The position numbers were made by a program, and so were the translations under genes. From Octopus sinensis (taxonomy: Eukaryota), in assembly GCF_006345805.1 (NCBI RefSeq), contig NC_043013.1:22072001-22136000 (forward strand): a stretch of 64,000 bases of DNA, written 5' to 3'. Positions 52,030 to 64,000 of this stretch are shown here, piece by piece. The notes beneath the pieces were generated by a model. That model was not told the origin of the DNA. It searched no databases and worked only from the letters and a program-made list of their open reading frames with translations. The first letter of the stretch is position 1; every line of letters starts with the position of its first letter.

Positions 52030-52240
52030 TCTTCCCTTGAGGAATGGCATGACTTTGGCTGGTTTATTTCTCAATGCCAAGAAAACCAAGTACATAACCA
52101 GGGATGAGAATGGAAGCCACCCACCTATTTGTTCCAGTGATGACTCACAGCTCAAGGAGGACAGTAGACTCTGAGTTCTAAATTGATGACCTTACTAAAA
52201 CCAAGGGAATTCAGTGATTCCTGGCTTAGCATGATGAGAT
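52030..52240 (+). mobile_element. Degraded RTE-like RT fragment
   Basis: GLFLNAKKTKYI motif typical of RTE-clade RT. Confidence 0.5.
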
Positions 52241-52378
52241 GTATTTCAGTTGAATAATAAAAAAAAAAAATAATAATAATAATAATACTTTCTACTATAG
52301 GCACAAGGCCAGAAATTTGTGAGGGTGGGGTAAGTCGATCACATCAACCCCAGTGTTCAACTGGTACTTATTTCATCA

Positions 52379-52792
52379 AGGAGTGGCTGTGTGGTAAGTA
52401 GCTTGCTTACCAACCACATGGTTCCGGGTTCAGTCCCACTGCGTGGCACCTTGGGCAAGTGTCTTCTACTATAGTCTCAGGCCGACCAAAGCCTTGTGAG
52501 TGGATTTGGTAGACGGAAACTGAAAGAAGCCTGTCGTATATATGTATATATTTATATACATGTGTGTGTGTGTGTATGTTTGTGTGTCTGTGTTCGTCCC
52601 CCTAGCATTGCTTGACAACTGATGCTGGTGTGTTTATGTCCCCGTCACTTGGCGGTTCGGCAAAAAGAAACCGATAGAATAAGTACTGGGCTTACAAAGA
52701 ATAAGTCCCGGGGTCGAGTTGCTCGACTAAAGGCGGTGCTCCAGCATGGCCGCAGTCAAATGACTGAAACAAATAAAAGAGTAAAAGAGTAA
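52379..52792 (+). mobile_element. Young full-length OK-like SINE inserted into an older minus-strand CORE-type SINE (52290-52890)
   Basis: Host SINE halves rejoin across the insertion (ctggtacttatttcatc | ccccagaaggatgaaaggc). Confidence 0.88.
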
Positions 52793-52902
52793 CCCCAGAA
52801 GGATGAAAGGCAAAGTCAACCTCATCAGTATTTGAACTCAGAACATGAAGATGGGCAAAATGCCAGTAAGCATTTTGCCTGGCGTGCTATCAATTCTGTG
52901 TG

Positions 52903-52946
<44 letters not shown>

Positions 52947-52957
52947 TTCATATATGC

Positions 52958-53022
<65 letters not shown>

Positions 53023-53023
53023 A

Positions 53024-53088
<65 letters not shown>

Positions 53089-54809
53089 CATACAACCTCA
53101 ACTATACATATATATATATACATGCACACACATATATATATACACATGCACACACTCACATAACGGGCTTCTTTCAGTTTCTATCTACCAAATCCACTCA
53201 CAAGGCTTCGGTCAGCCCGTGGCTGTAGCAGAAGACACTTGCCCAAGGTGTCACACAGTGCAACGAGACAACTGTACTACCCTACTCGTTATTGCTGTGA
53301 AGATTTTGTAATTCAAAAGGAAAATTAATGGAGACAGATTTTTTAGTAGCTTGACTGTTGTAATATGATCTCTCTTAAAGTTTCTTGACTTCAATAAGAG
53401 AACAAATGATGTTAACTGAGTCATTTGTTTTCTCGTTCAGATCACTACGGACTGTGATGATGCTGCTTTGATTAAAACGGAAACTAATCATACTACAATA
53501 CACTACACGGTTTATGGTGTTGTCTCTTTTGTTGTTTATTCCGTATGTGTTGTTGTCTATTATGACACATTTTATCTATAATATGTTTATTATTATATAG
53601 TATTTTGCTGTAATATTTCCTTTTTTAGATTTAAATTTCAGATTAACAAATCTGAAATCTTTTCAAATAATAACACAAAAAAGGAAGAAAAAAAAAAATT
53701 GATTCTGAAAACTGAAATTCAAACTCAAGTGAAAAATTCAATTAAAAAAAAAAAGATAGGAAAAAAAAAAAACAGAAACAAACTGAAAATTCTTATATTG
53801 ATTTAAATTGAAATTCCGCTTTTTTTTTTTACTTATTACTTGCATATGACTACCATCCACCCTCACATTCTATTCAATATATTTAACCACTGAAATATTA
53901 AATGCCACAGTTTAATTCATATTTGCTGATTGATTGCATGCCTATCTCTTCTGATATCTCAAACACTAGACAAGCTAGGAAGTCCAAATAAATTCTATAT
54001 AGAGTTACGAAACAATTATAAAAATGAAATTGCTTTTGTTTTCTACAAGCATCAATTTGATTGTCCCATTCGTTTTACTTCTGTGGGGTTGGAGAGAATC
54101 CATGCAGATTACTTTCTAGTAATCTTAATTAAATTTCCATTGTAAAATCAAGCAAAGAAAGAAAACAAAAATGTTTCTCTTGATGTTTAAACTGCTTTCC
54201 TTTTTTTTTTTTTTCCCAAATTTTGCAGTTTTAGAAAGTTATTTGAATATCAAATACAAGACCCAGCTTATAAAGATGAGGCACAAAATACAAACACACA
54301 CATACACACATGCACACACACACATATACATACACACACACACACAATTGAAATCAATAGAAATATACAGAAATATATTATTATATGCTAATTCAATTTC
54401 ATTCAAAAATGAATGAGTATAATAATGTAATAGTGCCCCAGCATGGTCTTGGCTGTCATGGCAAAACAGACTAAAGAACGTAATATTTATTATTATCGAT
54501 GCAGGTATGACTATGTTAGTTAAGTGTTCAATCCCACTTTACTGCACTTTAGGCAAGTGTCTTCCACTATGGCCTCAGGGCCAACCAATGTTTTCTGAGT
54601 GAATTTGATTGAAGGAAACCGTGTAGAAGCTTATCACACACACATACATATAATATTTGTAGACAAATCAGTGTATATATGTTATTATTATTACATATTA
54701 TCATATAGTTATTATTGTATATAAAGACTTTTATAATCACTCTTTCTCTGTAACTTCAGGTTTGTTTACAAATATTATATATGTGTATATGTATATATAT
54801 ATATGTGAT

Positions 54810-54878
<69 letters not shown>

Positions 54879-56549
54879 GTATATATCAAAATTTAAGATG
54901 AGGGTGAGAAATTTGATATTAATTTAATTAACATCGATTTCACACCAGTGGTCTAGCATATAAAAATCTGAAGGTTCAGTAAAATTGTATTATATACATA
55001 TGAGAGGGATGACCACTATGTGGACAACCCTTATGCTAGAAGTAGATCTGCTATGGTCTTACCACTAAGAAATGTTCTCAAGAAAAATTTAGCAAAACAA
55101 CCAAAACGTAATCAAGCAAGACAAAAGAAAAGCAATAAAAATATGGATTATTCACATACATGTTTCTCTATTAACATATTATGTAATTTTACTTACGTAG
55201 ATCTTCGGTGTGACCGTCTAAATAAATATAAATTGCAGAACTATATACTATAAATATATATATATATATGTGTGTGTGCTTGTGCTTGTGTTTGTCCCCT
55301 TAATACCACTTGACAGCCTGTGCTGGTTTGTTTACATTCATATAACTTAGCAGTTTGGCAAAAGAGACCAATAGAGCAAGTACCAGACTTTAAAAAATAA
55401 GTCCTGGGGTTGATCTGTCTGATGAATACTTTTGAAGGCAGTGCCCCAGAATGGCTGTGGTCCAGTGACTGATATAAGTAAAGATAAAAATATAGTCATT
55501 AGTTTGTTTTTGAAGGCAAATACCCGGCCATACTGGAGCAGTGCCTTCATATATAGAGAATTATTTTCTTTGTTTTCATTCCTTACACTTTGGGTCAATA
55601 ATTTCTTCTGGTTCTATAAAAACATGGTCAGGATGCACATTGAATGTCGACCAGCTCATTTTTGGTTAGCTATTGAAGTTCAATTTCAGTTTTCTACATT
55701 TTCCTATTCATATTCTTCAATCTCTGAACTTGACAGTTTTATCGATAAGAAATTTCGAACTAGGGGACAACAACAGAAAAGAAGAAAAAAAATCAATGAG
55801 AATATGATGAGTAAAAAAAACAAATTAAAATAATAAAGATAACTGAATGGAAATGTGCCATCTCTGTTTTATAATGTTTTATAAGAAATATATTATTTTG
55901 TTTTATATATGTACAGAATATATCTTTTAAAGATATGAATGCACAATATATACTCAGAAAGAGATTCACCAAAGATAAATTAATACATAAATAAATAAAA
56001 AAAAGAGATTTTTCTGCCTAGAAAAATAGAAAAATTGTATAAATATGAGAAAAAAAAATTGTATGATGAATGTTTTTTTCTAAACATTCACTTTTTTTCT
56101 TAAAAGTGCAGTTTTATACAATTTCTCATTTTTCAACTAAAAGTTTTGAGGTTTCATATGAAAAAATAAAAATGAAAAAAAAACATGAACCATTGAGTTG
56201 ATAAGTTATGTGTTTAAAAGGAGAGCAATAGAGTATAAACGGAAAAGAATTAGAAGTGATTTTGTGAAGCATAACAAAGACAAACATAGATGTCAGGAAT
56301 TAGAAGACTGATAAATCATCATTGGCCAATAGCATTTTTATAATCCTATTATACTCTGTTCTAATCAACTGGATTAACATGTCAGGTAAATCTGTCTGGT
56401 CCATAGAACCGTTTGGTCTTTAATGAAATGCGATATCATTGGCAGATGCACAGGCGTGTGTGTATGTATGTGCATGTGTATGTATGTGTGTGAATGTGTG
56501 TTTGTATATGTTTATATTTGTGTATTTGTATGTTTGTATATGTATGTAG

Positions 56550-56885
56550 TGAAGGTGCATGGCTCAGTGGTTAGAGTGTTGAACTTATGATCGCGATGTT
56601 GTGAGTTTGAATACCGGACTATGCTGCGTGTTGTATTCTTGAGCAAGGCACTTTATTTCACATTGCTCCAGTTCACTCAGCTGTAGAAATGAGTTGTGAC
56701 GTCACAAGTGCCAAGCTGTATTGGCCTTTGCCTTTCTCTTGGATGACACCGGTGGCATGGAGAGTGGAGGCTGGTATGATGGGCGACTGCTGGTCTTCCA
56801 TAAACAACCTTGCCCTGACTTGTGTCTCGAAGGGTAACTTTCTAGGTGCAATCCCATGATCATTCATGACCAAAGGGGGTCTCCG
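56550..56885 (+). mobile_element. tRNA-derived SINE, further family (head gaaggtgcatggctcagtggttagag)
   Basis: A- and B-box-like head; related degenerate copy at ~25777-26045. Confidence 0.7.
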
Positions 56886-59800
56886 CATATGTATGTATGT
56901 ATATATAAGTATCATCATCATCATTTAATGTTCGCTTTCCATGCTGGCATGGGTTGGACAGTTCGACTGGGGTCTGAGAAGCCAAGAGGCTGCACCAGGC
57001 CCCAATCTGATCTGGCAGTGTTTCTACAGCTGGATGCCCTTCCTAATGATAACCACTCTGAGCGTGTAGTGGGTGCTTTTTACATGCCACCAGCACGGGG
57101 ACCAGAGGAGCTGACATCGACCACGATTGGATGGTGCTGTTTATGTGCCACCGGCACAGAAGCCAGTCAAGGCAGCACTGGCATTGGCCACATTCGGATG
57201 GTGCTTTTTATGTGCCCCCGGCACGGGGTCACAACTACAATTTCCATTATAAATGTATATATGTAAATGTTTGTATATGTATGTATACATGCGGTATCGT
57301 TTATCTGCAAAACCAATAAAATAGTTATATATATACACTCATAATACAGTATTTACTCTGTTCCATGTGAATTTGTATTGGTACCTGTCTTTTATCCTTT
57401 ACTTGCTTCATTCATTGCGTTACAGCCATGCTGGAGCACCACTTTCAAACAGATTGACACCCCAGTACTTATTCTTTAAGTGTGGTGGTTATTCTGTCAA
57501 TGTCTTCTGCTGAACCGCTAGATCAGTTAAGTGGTGGTGGGTATCAAACACAACACAAAGACACATCCATACACACAATGGGCTTCCTCACATTATCCAT
57601 TTATTTACTTACAAGGCATTGGTCATCACAGGGCTATAGCAGCAGACACTTGACCAAGGTGCTGTGCAGGGGAACCGAACCTCAAACCGTGTGGTCGCAG
57701 AGTGAGCTCCTTAACCACTCAGCCACCGTGCCTGCGCCTAATTTATGCCTTTCTCTTTTTGGTTTGGTGTTGGGGAAAGAATTTCAACTTTGGCCTTCAT
57801 AAACCTTCTCAGACTTGTAGCATTGGTTTACGTCGCTCTTGGACTGCTGCAAGTCATTGGTTGCAAGAAATCAAAAGTGCAATGTGGGCATTTCATAGAC
57901 GATGTTTCCAGATGAGGAACCGAGAGTGGGCTAGGAAGGTGGGAGATGTGAGGAAGAAACCAGAAGTGCTTGAGTGAAGGTGGCACGAAACCATCCAGCT
58001 CTTAGAGGCAGAGAAATGGGGAGAGAGACAAACAGACAGAGAGAAAGAGAGAGTTAATGTAAGTGATGCAGGATTATTGTCTAATAACTTTTTGAAAAAT
58101 GCATGTTCTTTTATGGAATTTTGCAGAGAAAGGCTTTTGAAGTAGATTACAATTATATTGATAAAATATTGAAAAGTAATATAATGATTGCAGATTTTTG
58201 TGTCTGTAGATGGCAATGTAGAGGGGTATGCCTTCTTTGACACTGCAGGGCTTTTCTCCCTGCCTGAGCTTATTAACTTTAAAGTGAGAGACACTCTGTG
58301 CAATCAAATCCCACGTTTCAGACTTGGTACTCTGACCACAATGGCTCAGTAGGCCAAGTCAGCTGCAGTAACCAGTAAGCTGTAGGTTTTACATTGGAGT
58401 GGCCTTTCTCTGGGTGAACACCTTACAAGGCCGGAGAGCTCTGCCTATCCTGGAGTTGCCAGAAGGGTATCAAAGAGGGTATTGGACCACCTAAAGGACT
58501 CCCCTCTTTGATTTGCTCTCAAGGTTAATTCCCCCACTCACCCACCCACCCACCAGCATTTTCCTTTCTTAAGGCAGTGAGGGTTCCTTAGCATGCTAAT
58601 TAACCCAACATTTGGGGCCCTGACAGGTGCTCATATTTTGTGTCAGAGCAAACCTGGGAATAATAATAGCTGAAAGATGGTCCCACATTTCTCAAAATTC
58701 TGGACCCAGTTTCATGTCATTTCCATGACATTTTACTGCAAATATATGAATAAAATATTTGTTTTATCTAATTTTATTTTAAGGAATTTTTTTTTGTTGA
58801 AAATTAGCATTCATTTCATCATTTTGTATAAGTACCAAGAAATTTGGCTAAAGTTAAATTATATTTATTGTATGTCTGGTTTGGTGCCCCTGTCACCAGT
58901 CCTCATCTGTTTCCAAGCAAGGTAATATTTCCCTATGGCTGGACATGTTTTTCATGCTGAACTTATCGAACGAGATGACAAAAGACCGAGATACCTGGCA
59001 CCTTTCTCTCTGCTCAAGAAGACCTGTCCTTCACAGCAGAAGTGTGAAGGCTGCTCCACCTGGTGGAGAGGATTGGTCTGCAAGAGTCCTGTGCCACTGC
59101 CACGTGAAAAGCACTGATGCCAGTGCCACGTTAAAGGCACTCAGGACACAACTGCAAAGGGACGGGCATTAGGAAGGGCATCCAGCCAGAGGAACCAAGC
59201 CAAAGCAGACTGGAACCTGGTGCAGCTTCCCAGCTCTGGTCAAAGCATCCAACCCATGCCAGCATGGACAATGGACGTTAAATGATGAGGACGACGATGA
59301 TGATGATTGGAATTGAATAACTTCACTTGTATGACTGATGCTCTTTCACAACAATTGTGTGATGTCTTGACCAAGGTACACACACACACACACACATACA
59401 CACACACAATGGGGTTTCTTTTAATTTCCATCTACCAGATCTACTCACAAGGCTTTGGTGGACCCAGGGCTCTAGAAGAAGACACTTGCTAAAGAAACCA
59501 TGCAATGGAACTGAATCCAAGACTTCTTAAGCATGCACCTAGCTAGATCTCATCAAAAAAGTGATAGCAGGGTAGTCATGGGTGGACGACTTTGATCACG
59601 GATCTGCTCAATCAAGGCTGACCTCAAACAGAACAACAACACCATCCTAAATATTACTCCTTTTCAATACCCTGGCACAGCAGCATCCGTATCATGTATT
59701 CTATTCTATTCAACTCAGTCACCTCTTAACATTATAGAAAGCTTTTCCAGCAAACAAAATAAACACCACAACACAAACATCAATGAATTGTGATACAAAG

Positions 59801-60484
59801 ATTCACCCCCCCCCCACCCCACCCCGCCCCGCCCGTCCATCTCTTCCTCCAGAAATTAATTCTGCAATTTGTCTGCTGAGTAGCACAAGAGGTGCAGCTC
59901 TTAGTTATCTAACTTCTTTTCCTTGTTTCAATCATTAGACTGCGGCTATGCTGGGGCACCGCATTAGGGAATCTTAGTTGAACGAATCAACCCTGACATT
60001 TATTTTCTTTTCAAGCCTGGTACTTATTCTATCAGTCTCTTTTGCTGAACCGCAAAGTTACTGGGATGTAAACACACCAGCACCAGTTGTCAAACAGTGG
60101 TAGGGGGCAAGCACACACACACACACACACACATACGATTGGCTTCTTTCAGTTTCATTCTACTAAATCCACTCACAAGGCTTTGGTCAGCACAGGGCTA
60201 TAATATAAGACAGTTCTTCAAGTTAGTTACATTGGAAAACTGAACCTGGAACCATGTGGTTGGGAAGCAAGCTTCTTACCACACAGCCACAACTGTGAAA
60301 TTATTGAAAAAGTGCTGAAACAGTAACAACAACAACAACAACCACAATAACGATGATAATAGTAATGAATGATTAAATTAGTAAAGATTTCTGGGGAAAT
60401 GGTAAAGGTAGAAATGTGTCCGACACGCTTTGCATCGAGGTCTTATGGAATGTAAATTACGTAACAGTTCTCTTTTTTTTCTCT

Positions 60485-60885
60485 TTTCTCTTTTACTTGT
60501 TTCAGTCATTTGACTGCGGCCATGCTGGAGCACCGCCCTTTTAGTCGAGCAAATCGACCCCGGGACTTATTCTTTGTAAGCCCAGTACTTATTCTATCGG
60601 TCTCTTTTGCCGAACCGCTAAGTGACGGGGACTTAAACACACCAGCATCGGTTGTCAAGCAATGCTAGGGGGACAAACACAGACACACAAACACACATAC
60701 ACACATATATATATACATATATACGACAGGCTTCTTTCAGTTTCCGTCTACCAAATCCACTCACAAGGCGTTGGTCGGCCCGGGGCTATAGCAGAAGACA
60801 CTTGCCCAAGATGCCACGCAGTGGGACTGAACCCGGAACCATGTGGTTGGTTAGCAAGCTACTTACCACACAGCCACTCCTGTGC
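60485..60885 (-). mobile_element. Young full-length OK-like SINE
   Basis: Near-identical reverse complement of 42419-42818 and 52379-52792. Confidence 0.88.
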
Positions 60886-61687
60886 CTATGTTCTTTACTT
60901 GGAATCCAAACTGAGTTAAAAACCTGGTTTTTCTGACCATTACTACAGGCATGGCGCTTCCTATTATAATAACAATGATGAATATGGTGGTGGTGGTGGT
61001 GGTGGTGGCGATGGTGGTGATGACAGCTATGATAATATTTCTCTTGTAAAGAGAAAATAAACTGAGAACATGTCTTCCACATAATATGATAAAGTATATG
61101 GAATCGAGTATGTTGTTGAAATCTCCCACTCCCATTACTAGAAGAGGTGGGGATTGGGGTGAGGAGAAAAAAAGTATATAAATAAACTGAATAAAACCGA
61201 GTAATGCTCTGTGTAAATTATTGTATTTATTTCGAGCAGGAGAAAAATTTGCAAAGCTGGGTGGAAAATTATAGCTTATTTCTTCTCCTTTCAACTCTAG
61301 ATGGGTAATTTCTAGCAGCCTAGTAATTTTCTACAAGATGCATCTTAGCATGAATTCTCTCCTAAGAGGGATAGTTAAGTAGATAGATAAATAGACATAC
61401 AAACTTGGCTAGAAAGTAACATAGGGAGAGAATGGCTGAATGAGCTGCAAAGATAGGAGAAGAGAGATAAATATATGTGAGGAGATAAATGGATGAAGGA
61501 AAAGATAGATCAGAAATTTTTGGTAGATGTTGAGAAAGATTTCAGTTTCTGATTAATCCTTTGGATACCATTTTGCTTCATTAATGTCACTTTACAAAAT
61601 GTCATTTTACAAAGGCACCATGAAGCTGTGTCTCATTTCTCTTGCCTTACAAATTCTGGTCATCTTCACTCTTTATTCAATACCCAG

Positions 61688-62167
61688 TTGTATTTCTCTC
61701 ATTCATTCCTGTAACATAACTTTATTTCTCTCATTCCTTCCTGAAACTCAGTTTTATTTCCCTCATTCCTTCCTGAAACTCAGTTTTATTTCCCTCATTC
61801 CTTCCTGAAACTCAGTTTTATTTCCCTCATTCCTTCCTGTAACATAATTTTATTTCTCTCATTCCTTCCTGAAACTCAGTTTTATTTCCCTCATTCCTTC
61901 CTGAAACTCAGTTTTATTTCTCTCATTCCTTCCTGAAACTCAGTTTTATTTCCCTCATTCCTTCCTGTAACATAATTTTATTTCCCTCATTCCTTCCTGA
62001 AACTCAGTTTTATTTCTCTCATTCCTTCCTGAAACTCAGTTTTATTTCTCTCATTCCTTACTGAAACTCAGTTTTATTTCCCTCATTCCTTCCTGTAACA
62101 TAATTTTAATTCCCTCATTCGTTCCTGAAACTCAGTTGTATTTCTCTCATTCCTTCCTGTAACTCTG
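61688..62167. repeat. 32-bp minisatellite, 15 units, with a 4-unit higher-order period
   Basis: Unit ttttatttccctcattccttcctgaaactcag; variant ending gtaacataa at units 1, 5, 9 and 13. Confidence 0.95.
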
Positions 62168-62915
62168 GTTTGAGTCAAAATTGTAGAAAGGAAATATTAT
62201 CGTAGTTTGTGGTATGTAGTGGTGACCAGACATTTCAAATTGATGCTGAAATTACATCTTCAGTCTGTGCATACAATGATTAGCCTCCAAAAGGGAACAC
62301 AAGAAACCTAAAGGACCATGAACCCATGTATTTAAGGGAAGAGACAATATTCTAACAGTTTTATTGTTTGAGTTGAGGGTCCACTCTATGTGATGCCATT
62401 TGCTTTTACTGCATGGTCTGGCTTACAAATCAACACAGTCACTAGTTTAAGCATTCAAACATTGTCTCTATCTCTCCAAACCCTGCTGCATTTCTCATGG
62501 AGTTTTTGGTCCTCAAAAGTTGTCTTAATATATTAGTCAATCTGCCGGGTTTTGGCTGTCAATTTTACTCTGCAAAATTCAATTTATATCAAATATGCAG
62601 TAAATGATCTTCAGTCATATTCACCATTGTTTTACCTCTGGAAGAAATTATGTTTATGATATTAATATGATTCCTTTAGCTTCAAAAAAAAAAAGAAAAA
62701 ACAAGCAGTATTTCAGGTTCCAAAAAACAAAGTTTTCCATGACATTGAAATGAAAATTAAATTTTGTCAAGTTATTTTTGTACATTATTAAACAAAAGCT
62801 TATAAAAAAAAAAGAAAACAAAAACATCGGACTTAATTGAAAAAAGGAGTGACAGATGAGAAAAATGAAATTTAGAAAGATTTTCATATTATTATTGTTA
62901 TCATTATTGTTGTTG

Positions 62916-62949
<34 letters not shown>

Positions 62950-63319
62950 CTTTTTTTTCTCTTGTCATCTCCCCGCTCCCGTTCTTTCTTTCTTTTGTTG
63001 TCCCCTTTCTCCCCTTTTACCTTTGCCTTCTTATTCTCTAAAATCCCAACAACTTGATGTTGTTCCCTTAGATTTTGAGATCTTGATGTAATATTTTGGC
63101 CCGTGGTCATCCCACCCACTGCAACTCTTACCCTACCCTACAACCCCCTCTTCATAATTAGCATCCCTGTTGATGGATAAACAATACAGCCACATGGCCA
63201 CCACCACTTTTATTTGGGGATTACAGTCGCACAAAAGTACAATACCAAAATCAATGATGACCCAAAAAACAAAAAAGTATCATTTCTAAGAAGACTAAAT
63301 GTTTGTTGTGAATTGTTAC

Positions 63320-63543
63320 TCTTTCTCTTACTTGTTTCAGTCATTTAACTGCGGCCATGCTGGAGCACTGCCTTTAGTAGAGCAAATTGACTCCAGGACT
63401 TATTCATTGTAAGCCTAGTGTTTATTCTATCGGTCTTTTTTGCCGAACTGCTAAGTTACGGGGACGTAAACACACCAGCATCGGTTGTCAAACGATGTTA
63501 GGGGGACAAACACAGATACACAAACATATGCACATACACATAC

Positions 63544-63576
<33 letters not shown>

Positions 63577-63738
63577 CGACAGACTGCTTTCAGTTTCCAT
63601 CTACCAAATCCACTCACAAGGCATTGGTCTGTTCGAGGCTATAATAGATGACACTTGCCCAAAGTGCCATGCAGTGGGACTGAACCCGGAACCTTGTGGT
63701 TGGTAAGCAAGCTACTTACCTCACAGCCACTCGTATGC
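63320..63738 (-). mobile_element. OK-like SINE
   Basis: Same family as 42419-42818, somewhat more diverged. Confidence 0.85.
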
Positions 63739-64000
63739 CTGTTGTTAATAATCTCATAATTCTTCAAACTATTGACCTCATCTTTAGACTTTAGACTTGG
63801 AGCAATCTTTTCATCGGTCTCATCTTCGCCATTGTCATCTTTATGAGATGCTTCATGCTTAGATGTGTACAAAGAGTCAGAGCAGTTTCATCCTAGGAAT
63901 CTTTATTTAAGCTAACGATAATAACATTTTTAATTATAAGGCTACTAATACATATAGCTCTTTCTGCTACAGGTACAAGGCCTAAAATTTGGGGTGGGGG

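Noticed and set aside
53441-53580. Strong acceptor (ttctcgttcag) with open frame ITTDCDDAALIK... as LMLN exon 2
   Set aside because: No resemblance to the expected V.H.V.L...KR...PLRI sequence.
61085-61160. GDFN motif (VMGVGDFNNILDS) suggesting a LINE endonuclease
   Set aside because: Single short motif with no other endonuclease motifs nearby.
63745-63872. Acidic minus-strand ORF (YTSKHEASHKDDNGEDETDEK)
   Set aside because: Stop immediately after the only acceptor-like site in that frame, runs into a SINE, no family recognised.

Overview
AT-rich, microsatellite-dense eukaryotic DNA, very probably octopus (inferred from tRNA-derived SINE families of the OK/OR2 type). The only confidently identified gene segment is the first coding exon of a leishmanolysin-like/invadolysin metalloprotease (LMLN, + strand, 21494-21853). 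I could not find its exon 2, so intron 1 probably runs past the window end (>42 kb). A candidate divergently transcribed exon lies about 600 bp upstream. The rest is mostly mobile DNA: a full-length but decayed IR/DR-type Tc1, mariner remnants, RTE, R4/Dong, HERO and Gypsy fragments, piggyBac-like and foldback MITEs, and dozens of SINEs. Most ORFs in the track are microsatellite artefacts. The most interesting signal is RNA structure. Short repeats next to (TA)n tracts carry hammerhead ribozyme cores. Two are recognisable minimal Penelope-type type I hammerheads (1117-1158, 37790-37835) and two more are decayed. A separate repeat family (5129, 6222, 47594) carries all hammerhead core elements in a non-circularly permuted, pseudoknotted order. 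Its helices differ in sequence between copies but still pair, and GAAA-to-CUGAUGA spacing is exactly 30 nt in all three. This is a candidate new hammerhead topology. It was found by eye, has not been tested, and its novelty is unverified.
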